Origin: a virus
Taxonomy: Duplodnaviria > Caudoviricetes
Direction: 5' to 3' (one strand)
Length of the DNA stretch: 46,444 nt
IMG/VR virus record: IMGVR_UViG_3300025018_000215
Span: 1 to 46,444 of that record
Each line of letters opens with the position of its first letter. Position 1 is the stretch's first letter. Shown piece by piece: positions 35,484 through 45,556 of this stretch. Both the position numbers and the translations under genes were made by a program. Below the pieces are notes generated by a model that saw only the letters and a list, made by a program, of their open reading frames with translations, did not search any database and was not told the origin of the DNA.

Positions 35484-37538
35484 ATGTCAGACAAAAAAGG
35501 GCTAAAACTTCTCGATGAACAAAAGACCGATGAGACGGTTTATATGCTTTCGAAAAAAGAGGAAGAGGTTGTTTCAGCTATATTCAACAAGTTCCGAGCT
35601 TCGGCAGACGATAGGAACAGAAACTTTGAATACTTTGATAGGCAAAACCTAATAGAATACTTAAATGATTCTGTTCGAAGGTTTGTCACTAACGTAGATG
35701 TGCGAGAAGATGCTGAAGACTGGCAAGCTATCGTACATAACCAATTTACACGAAACAAGGTTTTGGCAGTTTTGTCAAAGGTTGTTAAAGTGCTACCTAT
35801 TGCTGAGTTCACTTCGCGAGGAGATGAAGATACACGAAAGGCTCAAATTCTAAATGCTTTGTATGAATATGCTGAGGATGTTGATGACTATGAGGAATTG
35901 ATGATTTTCATTTTGCTCGAGGCTATCGTAAAAGGAACAGCTATTGGATATGAGGGAGTTGAAAAGAAAACTCGAAAACTACGAAATGTAAAAGGAGCAG
36001 ATGATGACATTAGTGTCACAGAAGGAAAGGAAACAACAACTCGATTGTTTGGTGCTATTGTGCCACTTGAAGAGTTCTACCCATCTTCTGTATCTATCCG
36101 AAACATCAAAGCAATGCCTTACTGTTTCTGGACAAGTCAAATGTCTTATACTAAGTTCATGATGAACTGGGGACAATATAAAAAGTCACAGTATGTTTAC
36201 GCTAAAGGAACTACAACTAGAGATACAGCAGATCAACCATTCTATGTTGACCATATCTCAGATGCTATTCAAGAAGGTAATGTAGAAGTTATTCGATACT
36301 ACAACCGGGAAACTGATGAGTATGTTGTGACCGCTAACGGAATTTGGCTCAACCCAATTGGAACTAAAAAAGGTGAGGAGACTGGAGAAGAGATTTCACC
36401 ACTTCCATTTAACCACAAAGAACTACCATTCTGGGATATTAAGTTTGATTTCTTTGGACCAGACTTCTTCTACGGTAAATCACTACCAGACCGACTCAAG
36501 ACTCTACAGGACGTTATTAACGTGTTGAACAACATGATGCTTGACCAGTCATTCCTAACAGTATTTAAACCTATTCTAACAAACGGATTCGATTCTATTG
36601 AAGATGATTTTCTACGACCAGGACGACGAATCCCAGTTGACACACAAGGACTTTCATTGCGTGATGCTTATCAGCCACTTGATATGGGAACACCATCAGG
36701 ATGGCACCAATACATTCTCGACTATACAAAGCGAACTATGGAAGAAGCTTCTCTTGACCAGGTATCATCTGGACAGGCAGGAGTAGGAGGACGAACTACA
36801 GCGGAAGAGATTCGAACAGCTGCAGATGGAGTATCATCTATCTTGGGGCTATTCGGACGAATGATTAACTACGGTATCAAACGTAAGGCTGTCCTTAAGA
36901 CTGGAAACATTATGCAATTCTGGACAGATAAGAAATCTCCTCGTATTGAAAAGATTTTAGCTGAAGGAGGTGCTGCTGAAATGAATAAAGTATTTAATAC
37001 ATTTAAGATTGACAACACACGACTCAGCTCAGGAAAACGAGGAACTAAGATTATTGAAATGTACGGGGACCAAGCTGATTTCCCAACAAGGTCACAGCTT
37101 AAAGCACGACAGGTTGTTGCGCAGCTAAGCACAAAGAAAAATATTGAGATTGATGTAATCACACCAGAATACATTCGAGATATTCAGACAGATGTTAAAC
37201 TTGTTACAAATCCTAAGACTGAAGCAACAAAAGAAATTGAACAAGCTCTACAGCTCGAGAAAGTACGTGTATACGCTACATTCTTCCCAGAGCAGGTAGA
37301 TATGACAGAACTCGCCGCACAAACAGCACTTAAAATGGGAGACGACCCAACAGCTATCTTGAAGCCTGAGATAACTGATCCAAAACCACCACAACCAGAA
37401 GGAGGAACAAATGAGATGGCTAAACCTATGTCAACTACACCACAAGACAACACAGCTAATAACATGGCTCGAAGTGCTCGGGGTGGAGAGCAGGGAACTA
37501 GCGAAATGGCACAGATGCAGAACGCCATGATTGGTTAA
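35484..37538 (+). CDS. Portal protein (P22/podovirus-type)
   Basis: 684 aa after the terminase; FYGKSL...LQD..N, TTAEE motifs. Confidence 0.85.
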   Translation: MSDKKGLKLLDEQKTDETVYMLSKKEEEVVSAIFNKFRASADDRNRNFEYFDRQNLIEYLNDSVRRFVTNVDVREDAEDWQAIVHNQFTRNKVLAVLSKVVKVLPIAEFTSRGDEDTRKAQILNALYEYAEDVDDYEELMIFILLEAIVKGTAIGYEGVEKKTRKLRNVKGADDDISVTEGKETTTRLFGAIVPLEEFYPSSVSIRNIKAMPYCFWTSQMSYTKFMMNWGQYKKSQYVYAKGTTTRDTADQPFYVDHISDAIQEGNVEVIRYYNRETDEYVVTANGIWLNPIGTKKGEETGEEISPLPFNHKELPFWDIKFDFFGPDFFYGKSLPDRLKTLQDVINVLNNMMLDQSFLTVFKPILTNGFDSIEDDFLRPGRRIPVDTQGLSLRDAYQPLDMGTPSGWHQYILDYTKRTMEEASLDQVSSGQAGVGGRTTAEEIRTAADGVSSILGLFGRMINYGIKRKAVLKTGNIMQFWTDKKSPRIEKILAEGGAAEMNKVFNTFKIDNTRLSSGKRGTKIIEMYGDQADFPTRSQLKARQVVAQLSTKKNIEIDVITPEYIRDIQTDVKLVTNPKTEATKEIEQALQLEKVRVYATFFPEQVDMTELAAQTALKMGDDPTAILKPEITDPKPPQPEGGTNEMAKPMSTTPQDNTANNMARSARGGEQGTSEMAQMQNAMIG

Positions 37539-37565
37539 GAAATTAATAATTAAATTAATTAAAAT

Positions 37566-37934
37566 ATGAAGTACCTAAAGAATCTATGCTTTTGGTTTTT
37601 GAAGAAGTTTCCATTATCAGAAGATCAGATGTGTGAACTAAACGTACTGGCTTTTCAGCTATACGATTTAGATCCATCATCAAAGACAACTGAGACAGAA
37701 CTATTCTCAAGGCTAGCTAAGGTGGAAGGATTTAATGATTACTTGAGGGACACAATGAATCGAGACATACGAAGAAACTTTAATGCTTCAAGTCCGATTG
37801 AACAGTTCACTACTAAAGGTGGATATGCAAGGACTGTATATTTTAAGTCTTTGCTAAAGCAGAAACCAGCACAGGAAGTTGAGAAAATAAAGAAGCCAGC
37901 AAAGCTTGGAAAGACATCACGGTACGCACAGTAA
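37566..37934 (+). CDS. Hypothetical protein
   Basis: 122 aa between portal and scaffold. Confidence 0.65.
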   Translation: MKYLKNLCFWFLKKFPLSEDQMCELNVLAFQLYDLDPSSKTTETELFSRLAKVEGFNDYLRDTMNRDIRRNFNASSPIEQFTTKGGYARTVYFKSLLKQKPAQEVEKIKKPAKLGKTSRYAQ

Positions 37935-37955
37935 GTGTAATACAACACATACTAT

Positions 37956-37984
37956 TTGCAACATTGTCAAGTATGTGATATAAT
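37956..37984 (+). promoter_or_regulatory. Promoter for the head genes
   Basis: TTGCAA-17 bp-TATAAT with extended TG. Confidence 0.75.
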
Positions 37985-38064
37985 ATATGAAAGTTATAGG
38001 TGGGCCTAACCACCCGGAGACTCAACTTCGTTAACAAGGGATTAATATTAAAAAAGGTAATAAC

Positions 38065-38745
38065 ATGAATGAAGAAGAAATAAAAGCTAAGGAGGCAGAA
38101 GATGCAGCCAAAGCAAAGGAGGAAGCAGATAAAGGTAAAAACGACTCAGAGACTGTTGCTAACCTAGTGGAAGAACTCAAGAAGGAGCGAGCCGCTAAGC
38201 AAGAAGCCCAAGGAGAACGTGATGCCACAGCTGCACGACTCAAAGCACTCGAAGATACAGATAAGGATAAGAATACTGATCACAACTTAAATGACGTAAG
38301 CTCTAAAGTTGAAGAGGTTCTACAGAAAAAGGAAATCGAAAGATTGGAAAAACTACGAGTAAAGGTAGAGAAGGACTTTAAAAATAAAAACAAAGATTTC
38401 TCAGAAGATAATGATCCTGGAGGACTAAAGTATGCAGCTTTTAAACGAAAGTTGGATAGGATTAATCTTTCAGCACTCACATCGGAAGAAGATATCAACG
38501 AGGCTTTTGAAGATACACTTGTTGTATTCAATAAAGCTAAGAAACCTGCCGAGGATTCATACAACAATCCTTACGCTGCAACAGTAGCGGATGGTTCAGG
38601 GGATGTTAAAGATAAAGGACCGGAAAATCTATCAGTTCCAGAAACGAAACTTATTAAGTCTCTTGGATGGACAGAAGAAAGATTTGCGAAGATTAAAAAG
38701 GCACAGCCACATTATGTGAATGGTCTACTAAAGCAATATCTTTAA
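38065..38745 (+). CDS. Probable capsid scaffolding protein
   Basis: Charged coiled coil upstream of the capsid genes. Confidence 0.7.
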   Translation: MNEEEIKAKEAEDAAKAKEEADKGKNDSETVANLVEELKKERAAKQEAQGERDATAARLKALEDTDKDKNTDHNLNDVSSKVEEVLQKKEIERLEKLRVKVEKDFKNKNKDFSEDNDPGGLKYAAFKRKLDRINLSALTSEEDINEAFEDTLVVFNKAKKPAEDSYNNPYAATVADGSGDVKDKGPENLSVPETKLIKSLGWTEERFAKIKKAQPHYVNGLLKQYL

Positions 38746-38780
38746 AACCTAATTCACTTATAAATTAAAAAACAAAGATT

Positions 38781-39299
38781 ATGGCTTTCAAAGGAAGAGG
38801 AACACTTAATCCACACGGAGCACCAGTATTGAAGCGAGTAATCGCTGCAAACTCTATTGTTGTTACTGAACTCGATTCAATTAAATTTGCATCAGGTTTC
38901 GCAGCACTTGGAACAACTGGAGCACTAGTTGCAGGACACGTTACAGCACTCTCAAATCGAGCAGGCGTTGGACTTGAAACAACAGGTGTAGCAGGAGCAG
39001 AGACAGGAAGTTTTGCTGGGACATTCACTATGTCTTCATCAAACCAGACTGTAGCTAAAGTAAAGGTAGAACTTGATATTTCAAAGAATACACTTTACGC
39101 AGCATCTATGGACGCAACTCCAGGAACAACAACAGGGTCAAACCTAATTGGTTATCACATGGATCTAGACACAGAAGAAGAGCTAGATGAGTCAACTGCA
39201 GCTACTACAACAGCTCAGTATGCAACATGGGGACTAGATTCAGAGGACGCAACTAAAGCAATCGTAAACATTTACGAATCAGTAATATTTGGAGTTTAA
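38781..39299 (+). CDS. Probable capsid decoration/minor capsid protein
   Basis: 172 aa, A/T/G-rich, immediately before the major capsid gene. Confidence 0.6.
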   Translation: MAFKGRGTLNPHGAPVLKRVIAANSIVVTELDSIKFASGFAALGTTGALVAGHVTALSNRAGVGLETTGVAGAETGSFAGTFTMSSSNQTVAKVKVELDISKNTLYAASMDATPGTTTGSNLIGYHMDLDTEEELDESTAATTTAQYATWGLDSEDATKAIVNIYESVIFGV

Positions 39300-39338
39300 T
39301 CCATTTATTTATTACTTACTAATTACTAATACAAAATT

Positions 39339-40316
39339 ATGCCTGTAGAAACAAGAGGAAATTGGACAGATCTCATCGCTGGGGTTGGTCTAGAAATGGC
39401 AGAAGTTTTCAACCAAGGACAAGAGGAGTACATCCCAGGTCTTACAGCAGTTGTTCGAGCATCGTCAGGTGTTGGAGCACAGCGAAACTACTCAGGTAAA
39501 ACTGGTGTAGGAGAGGTTGAGAAGTTCGATGATGGGGATGATATCCCAGGAGGACGACGATACAAAACATATACTACTAAAGTTAACTACAACAACTACG
39601 GAAAGTATATCGACGTTACTAAGAATACTATTGAAGATCGAGATGAGGCTTACGCCGCAGATCTAGATGAGATGAAAGACTTGTCAATTGGAGTAAACTA
39701 CTCACAAGACAAATCAGCACTTCAGCTTTTCAACGGAGGATTCGCAACTACAACTTTGGTTAACGGTTACGAAATGACTTGGTATGGAGATGGAAAACCA
39801 CAGTTTTCTACTGTCCACCCAACAGTTGTACCAGGAGCTTCGACTCAGTCAAACGCTTCTGCAACTGGAATCACTTTCGGTCACGACAACCTAGAAATTG
39901 CACGAATTGCAATGGTTGAGCAGCAAACAGATGATGGACTTGCACTTGCAATGTCAGGAAAGAAATCACTCGTTCTTCCTGAAGCATTGCGACGAGAGGC
40001 ACAAGAGGAAACTATGTCAGAACTTACACCTGAATCAGCTGAAAATGCTATCAACGTGTTTAAGGGTTCAATGGACATGATTGTCTCAGTACACCTCGAT
40101 GCAGTTAATGGAGGTTCAGACACAGCTTGGTATATCACTATACCAGAACGTGCTAAACTTTACCACGAAACTCGACAGTCAGCTTCACTTGATATGGATG
40201 TTAACATCAAGAACAAGGTTGCAACATTTACAGTAGATGCTCGATGGGCAGACTACTCAAAAGAATGGAAGCGAACTTGGGGATCAAAGGGAGACGGACA
40301 AGCTTACTCAAGCTAG
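39339..40316 (+). CDS. Major capsid protein (HK97 fold)
   Basis: 325 aa; YGDGKPQFSTVHP, SDTAWYI, WKRTWGSKG resemble Mu gpT-like capsid proteins. Confidence 0.85.
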   Translation: MPVETRGNWTDLIAGVGLEMAEVFNQGQEEYIPGLTAVVRASSGVGAQRNYSGKTGVGEVEKFDDGDDIPGGRRYKTYTTKVNYNNYGKYIDVTKNTIEDRDEAYAADLDEMKDLSIGVNYSQDKSALQLFNGGFATTTLVNGYEMTWYGDGKPQFSTVHPTVVPGASTQSNASATGITFGHDNLEIARIAMVEQQTDDGLALAMSGKKSLVLPEALRREAQEETMSELTPESAENAINVFKGSMDMIVSVHLDAVNGGSDTAWYITIPERAKLYHETRQSASLDMDVNIKNKVATFTVDARWADYSKEWKRTWGSKGDGQAYSS

Positions 40317-40341
40317 TAGTCGCAAGATTACACTCATACCT

Positions 40342-40391
40342 TTATGGTTTGAGTTAGGAATATCTAAAAGGTATCTCTAACTCAAACCATA
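40342..40391 (+). other. Long intergenic hairpin after the capsid gene
   Basis: TATGGTTTGAGTTAG/CTAACTCAAACCATA 15-bp perfect stem. Confidence 0.7.
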
Positions 40392-40479
40392 CAAGGGATA
40401 TGGAAGTTGACCCTGCTAGTCGCAGGAGGAATATAAAATACAGATTCCATATTTATCAAGACTAAACTAATAAAACAAA

Positions 40480-40863
40480 ATGGCACAAACAAGATTTTCA
40501 GGCCCAATTGTATCAGAACAAGGGTTCAAAGTAGGAGACGTTGTAGTTGCTGACGCTAACGGAAACCTAGCCGTACAGGCAGAAACAGTAACAACAGTAG
40601 CACCAGCTCTAAGTACATTCGGTTCTTCAGCTATTGATTCATCAGCAAACGCAGTAGATGCGACACTTGCTGCCGGTACATACATCGGGCAAATCAAAGT
40701 TATCGTTATGACTGAAGCTTCTAACTCAAGTACAGTTTCTATCGCTAACCACCAAACATCTGACCCAGAAGTTGCAACATTCGATGCAGTTGATGAGACA
40801 GGAGTATTCATGTGGACAGGAACAGAATGGATCACTCTATTCGCTACATGTACATTCGCTTAA
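40480..40863 (+). CDS. Virion protein (head fibre/decoration-like)
   Basis: MAQTRFSGPIVS start; follows the capsid gene. Confidence 0.55.
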   Translation: MAQTRFSGPIVSEQGFKVGDVVVADANGNLAVQAETVTTVAPALSTFGSSAIDSSANAVDATLAAGTYIGQIKVIVMTEASNSSTVSIANHQTSDPEVATFDAVDETGVFMWTGTEWITLFATCTFA

Positions 40864-40937
40864 TCTAAACAATTAGACTTTCTACTCAGCCCCTACTGGG
40901 GGTTGGAATAGAAATATTAAAAAATAATTAATTATAT

Positions 40938-41180
40938 ATGATAGTAAAAAACCCAACAGAATCTAAGATAGAAGTTACCATCCTTGGAGTAGATTACTCA
41001 GTTGATGCAAAGGGCGAGGTATCTGTACCTAATCAAGTAGCTGCTTACTGGAAAAACCGATTGCACTCTTTTCTAGAAATCTCAGAAGAAGTAAAAGAAG
41101 TTGAGAAAGTGGTTAAAGTGGAGAAAGTAGAGAAGGTTGAAAAAGAAGTTAAAAAAGTAAAAGACGCTAAAGCAAAATAA
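40938..41180 (+). CDS. Hypothetical protein with VEK repeats
   Basis: 80 aa. Confidence 0.6.
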   Translation: MIVKNPTESKIEVTILGVDYSVDAKGEVSVPNQVAAYWKNRLHSFLEISEEVKEVEKVVKVEKVEKVEKEVKKVKDAKAK

Positions 41181-41184
41181 TACT

Positions 41185-41616
41185 ATGGGACTTTACTATA
41201 CAAATACAATAACACAGCCATTCATTGGAACAAAGTCTGGAACAACTCGAACCTCAGTTGAGTTAGCAAGTACATATACTCTTTCTAAGACTATTGAAAC
41301 TTCAGGGTATTCTAAGTTGAACTTAGATGTTCTATATACAATGGGTTCAGGAGAGTCATCTAACTCTATAGAGATTAAAGTAGAAGGAAGCCCAGACAGG
41401 ACAAACTTCTACCGAATCCCTAACGATTCAACAACTAACGGAACATCTACACTTACAGCTCGAGAGTTTACATTCGTGGGAACTAACGCAGCTGCCGCAA
41501 CTATCAGTATTGGAATTGACATCTTCTATAAGTATGTTAAGATTTCAGCAAAAGAAACCGGAGTAGCAGCTAACGCAGGAACAATCTACATCGAGGGAAC
41601 ATTAGCAGGTAAATAG
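41185..41616 (+). CDS. Beta-rich virion protein
   Basis: 143 aa; SIEIKVEGSPD.TNFY pattern. Confidence 0.55.
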   Translation: MGLYYTNTITQPFIGTKSGTTRTSVELASTYTLSKTIETSGYSKLNLDVLYTMGSGESSNSIEIKVEGSPDRTNFYRIPNDSTTNGTSTLTAREFTFVGTNAAAATISIGIDIFYKYVKISAKETGVAANAGTIYIEGTLAGK

Positions 41617-41624
41617 TAACAACT

Positions 41625-42383
41625 ATGCCTCAACTAACTAAGGAACAACGAGAACTTGCAAATAAGCAAGAACACATTAGAGTAACTGAAAATAACCTTT
41701 CTCAGATTACAAAGGAGGTTAGTGGAGTTTTGTCACAAAAGAAACAACTTGAAATTGAGATTAAGTCTCTGCTCAAACTTAAGAAGGAGATAGATAGGTC
41801 TATCGCATCTGAACGTGAAGAAATCGCTAATGAAAAAAAGGTATTAGCGACTCAAAAAGAAAAGCACGAATTAGATATACAAGATTTTGAGTTTGATGTT
41901 GATTCATTTGAACTGCATGTAGAATCGCGTGTAAAAGAACTTAAGAAGAAAGAAGATGAACATAATCTTATAGTATCCTCTTTAGTAGATACACAGATTT
42001 CTTTGGGTAGGGAAATATCTGATTTAGCAAAGAAAAAAGTGTCGCTATGTTTTGATGTAGAAACCGATCGAAAAGAAATTGAGAAGCTTCGAAAGGCACT
42101 GATAAAAGAATCAGATGCTGGTAAAATTCAAGTAGATAAACTACAAGAAAAAATCATCTCTCTAACAGATACTATTGTTAAAAAAGAATCTGAACTAAAA
42201 GAAATTATTGAACAGTTCAATCTTAATCAGGAAAAGGTTGCGGTTCCAATGAAAAAACTAAAGGAGAAAGAAGATAGATTACAAGCACTCGAAAAAGAGT
42301 TACAGATTCGAGAAAATAGAATAAGACTTGCTACAATGAGATTGAAGCGGGATTTAAGACAAACAGATAAAATTGATAGTTAG
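41625..42383 (+). CDS. Long coiled-coil protein
   Basis: 252 aa, K/E heptads. Confidence 0.7.
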   Translation: MPQLTKEQRELANKQEHIRVTENNLSQITKEVSGVLSQKKQLEIEIKSLLKLKKEIDRSIASEREEIANEKKVLATQKEKHELDIQDFEFDVDSFELHVESRVKELKKKEDEHNLIVSSLVDTQISLGREISDLAKKKVSLCFDVETDRKEIEKLRKALIKESDAGKIQVDKLQEKIISLTDTIVKKESELKEIIEQFNLNQEKVAVPMKKLKEKEDRLQALEKELQIRENRIRLATMRLKRDLRQTDKIDS

Positions 42384-42401
42384 TCTTTTTTGTGGTATAA
42401 T
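42373..42401 (+). promoter_or_regulatory. Sigma70-type promoter
   Basis: TTGATA-17 bp-TATAAT (TGTGGTATAAT). Confidence 0.75.
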
Positions 42402-42414
42402 ATAAAAATAAATT

Positions 42415-43950
42415 ATGAGTTTTCGAGACGTACAAAATCCAGGATTAGGAGGTTTAGAAGAGTTGACACTTAGTGAAGAGTTATGGGTACAAACTGCCGT
42501 TATTGACGGAGTTATAGAACTACTTGAAACTACAGCACCAACAAATGAAGCTAGCCTCGGTAAAATATATGTTAAGTCGTCAGATGGCGAACTTTACTTT
42601 TTGGATTCTGACGGTAATGAAACAAGTTTATCTTCTGGGTCTGGAGGAATAACCGGCTCAGGAACAACTAACGAGCTTGCATATTTTGACAGCTCTAGTA
42701 CAATTGCTTCTTTAGCAGTTGCCACCTATCCATCACTAACGGAAATTTCGTATGTGAAGGGTGTAACATCAAATATCCAAACACAACTCGATGCTTTATC
42801 AAGTGCGGTTGTATTAAAAGGTCTATGGGACGCTTCAGCTGGGACATTTCCTGGTGGTGGCGTAGCTCAAGCAGGGTGGTCATATATAGTATCTGTTGGG
42901 GGGACCGTGGATAGCGTTGTGTTTAATGCAAATGATCGAATTGTGGCAATTACTGATAACGCATCAGAGAACACATATGCTTCTAATTGGTTTAAACTGG
43001 ATTATACGGACCAGGTACTAAGCGTAGCAGGACGTACAGGGAACGTGGTGATAACAACAGCAGACCTTGCAGACTTTGACACAGAAGTATCTAACAACAC
43101 AGACGTGGCGGCGAACACATCAGCACGACACAACGCGGTAACACTTTCTGGTTCTTATGACTATCTCACTCTTTCAGGTCAGCAAATTACACTAGGACAA
43201 ATTGATTTAACGACAGACGTCACAGGCGACTTACCTTTTGCAAATATTGCACAAGTAGCAACTAACAGAATAATGGGACGTGCCACAGCAGACACAGGAG
43301 ATATTGAGGCTCTTACAGCAACAAGTGCACGTTCTGTACTTGGACTTGCAACATCAGACTCGCCACAATTCACAGCCGTAAATATAGGACACGCTACAGA
43401 CACAACAATTTCACGAGTATCTGCTGGTGTTATTGCGGTAGAGGGAGTAACAGTACCTACTGTTTCTAGCACAAACACTTTAACCAACAAAACCCTTACG
43501 ACTCCTACAATAAACGGGGCTACTCTCAACGGAGATTTAGCAATAGACGGAACTCCAAACACAGACGACACTTGGAATGGACGTTCGACAAACACATTCA
43601 ACGCAGGAGCAACAATTGCACAATTCGAGGCGGTGTATCTTTCATCATCTTCAACGTGGCTTCTTGCTGACGCAGATGCAGTAAGTACAGCAGGTAGTGT
43701 AATGATAGCTCTCGCAGGAGAAGCTGGTACAAACACAAACCCTCTTCGAATAATCCTCCCTGGGACTTTTGTCAGAAACGATGCGTGGGCTTGGACACCT
43801 GGAGCTACACTCTATCTTGGAACTACTCCTGGAGAAATCACAGCAACAGCACCAAGTGCAACTGACGATGTCGTGAGAGTAGTAGGAAGGGCTGTAACTG
43901 CCGATGTAATCTGGTGGAACCCATCAGAAGATTGGGCAACAATAGTATAA
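42415..43950 (+). CDS. Tail fibre-like protein
   Basis: Mosaic fibre modules: ISYVKGVTSNIQTQLD, VLSVAGRTGNV, TLTNKTLTTP, LYLGTTPG. Confidence 0.75.
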   Translation: MSFRDVQNPGLGGLEELTLSEELWVQTAVIDGVIELLETTAPTNEASLGKIYVKSSDGELYFLDSDGNETSLSSGSGGITGSGTTNELAYFDSSSTIASLAVATYPSLTEISYVKGVTSNIQTQLDALSSAVVLKGLWDASAGTFPGGGVAQAGWSYIVSVGGTVDSVVFNANDRIVAITDNASENTYASNWFKLDYTDQVLSVAGRTGNVVITTADLADFDTEVSNNTDVAANTSARHNAVTLSGSYDYLTLSGQQITLGQIDLTTDVTGDLPFANIAQVATNRIMGRATADTGDIEALTATSARSVLGLATSDSPQFTAVNIGHATDTTISRVSAGVIAVEGVTVPTVSSTNTLTNKTLTTPTINGATLNGDLAIDGTPNTDDTWNGRSTNTFNAGATIAQFEAVYLSSSSTWLLADADAVSTAGSVMIALAGEAGTNTNPLRIILPGTFVRNDAWAWTPGATLYLGTTPGEITATAPSATDDVVRVVGRAVTADVIWWNPSEDWATIV

Positions 43951-43951
43951 T

Positions 43952-44653
43952 ATGGCTTGGGTAGCAATAGAAGATTTTAACGGACTAAGTGACGCAACTA
44001 ACCTCGCAGGTCAGAGCGGTTCTGGTGCATCTGGGTGGTCAGCAGCTTGGGTAAACTCGGCAACTAACTTAATAAGAAGTACGACAGACCAAGCTTTTGA
44101 TGGTTCATCAGCTTCAGCAGAAGTAGTTTCGGGAGGAGGTAACACGTTCTATACAAGAACACTTACTACATCTATTTCAGGAAGTGGCGTTGTTTACATA
44201 GCAATGCGGAGAACAGCAAACAACTCAGGAGAAAACGCTTTTTCACTTCGTTCTAGTGGAGGTAACAGATGTGGAGTAGTTATGAACTCAGCAGGAAACC
44301 TAACTGTCGGAGGGGAAACACTTGTGGCTTACTCAACCAACACCTGGTATGTGATTAGGATTACTTTTGACGTAGGAGCAGGTACTTACACAGGTGCTTA
44401 TTCAACAGGAGGAGCCTACTCAGCCGAAACTTCTTCACGAACTATGGGAAGTAGCGGAAACATAGACCGTGTTGGTATTGGTGGAGATACGGGTACTGGA
44501 ATTGATTACGTAGGGCTAATTTCTGACACAGACCCATTCGGAGCCTCAGGTCCCGCCAACCTCAAAACCCTCAACGGAATCGCAAAGGCAAATATAAAAA
44601 CAATCAACGGAATAGCAATAGCAAGCCTTAAAAGTTTTAATGGAGTAGTATAA
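43952..44653 (+). CDS. Lectin-like beta-sandwich virion protein (possible receptor binding)
   Basis: EDF...WS...NTWY.I.I.FD pattern; C-terminal KT.NGIA repeats. Confidence 0.55.
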   Translation: MAWVAIEDFNGLSDATNLAGQSGSGASGWSAAWVNSATNLIRSTTDQAFDGSSASAEVVSGGGNTFYTRTLTTSISGSGVVYIAMRRTANNSGENAFSLRSSGGNRCGVVMNSAGNLTVGGETLVAYSTNTWYVIRITFDVGAGTYTGAYSTGGAYSAETSSRTMGSSGNIDRVGIGGDTGTGIDYVGLISDTDPFGASGPANLKTLNGIAKANIKTINGIAIASLKSFNGVV

Positions 44654-44662
44654 AACACATAT

Positions 44663-45553
44663 ATGAGTACAATAGACAACATACAAAATCCAGGTGCCTT
44701 GAAAGATGTTTATGACCCACGAGATCATAAATGGGATGCTATTGCTAGTGGTAATAAGGTAGATATCTTTGATTGGAATAAAGGATTCCAGTTAAATGTT
44801 CCTTTTAAGGTTAAAGACCAAAATGGTTCTGGTTCTTGTGGAGGTCAGGCTTGGGCTTATTATGGGGAGGCTCTTGAATATGCCTACAAAAAAGAGTACG
44901 AGCAGAATAGTGCAAAGTTTATTTATGCTCACACAGGAATCCAATACAACGGGGGAGGTTCTTCTGGAAGAGAGAATAGTCAATTCGTAGTAAAAAATGG
45001 TTGGGGTTCGGAAGAACTTACACCGTCTTATGATAATGGTGATGCTCCTTCTGAGGAATTTATGATGCGTAAATCTGATATAACAAAAGAAGCATACTTG
45101 GAAGCCAAACAAAATCAAGCTCTCAGATATGCAAACACTGGTCGTTATATTGACTCTATTGCACAAGCTATAAAATCAAATAACGGATGTGTTATTGGAA
45201 TTACGGGAACTAATAATGGGACATGGCATTCTATGTTTCCTAAAGCACCAGAAGTGGGAGATGAGCTCTGGAGGCATTGGGCGTTCTGTGTAGGAGCAGA
45301 AATGATAGGTGGTAAGAAGTACATCAAGATAATTAACTCTTGGGGAGATAAAATAGGAGACAAAGGATACCAGTGGATTAGTGAGGATTATTTCAATACA
45401 TACACACCTTATTTTTCAGATTGGTCAATATGGAGCGGATGGACTCTGTATCTCAAAGACTTAGAAATACAAAAGACTCAACTATCTCTTATAGATGCAA
45501 TGAAACAACTAGTGTCAGCATTGACGAAGAAGTTAGCATTAAAGAATAAATAA
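44663..45553 (+). CDS. Papain-like cysteine peptidase (C1 family)
   Basis: DQNGSGSCGGQA (Q, C), HWAFCVG (H), INSWG (N), GDKGY. Confidence 0.9.
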   Translation: MSTIDNIQNPGALKDVYDPRDHKWDAIASGNKVDIFDWNKGFQLNVPFKVKDQNGSGSCGGQAWAYYGEALEYAYKKEYEQNSAKFIYAHTGIQYNGGGSSGRENSQFVVKNGWGSEELTPSYDNGDAPSEEFMMRKSDITKEAYLEAKQNQALRYANTGRYIDSIAQAIKSNNGCVIGITGTNNGTWHSMFPKAPEVGDELWRHWAFCVGAEMIGGKKYIKIINSWGDKIGDKGYQWISEDYFNTYTPYFSDWSIWSGWTLYLKDLEIQKTQLSLIDAMKQLVSALTKKLALKNK

Positions 45554-45556
45554 ACT

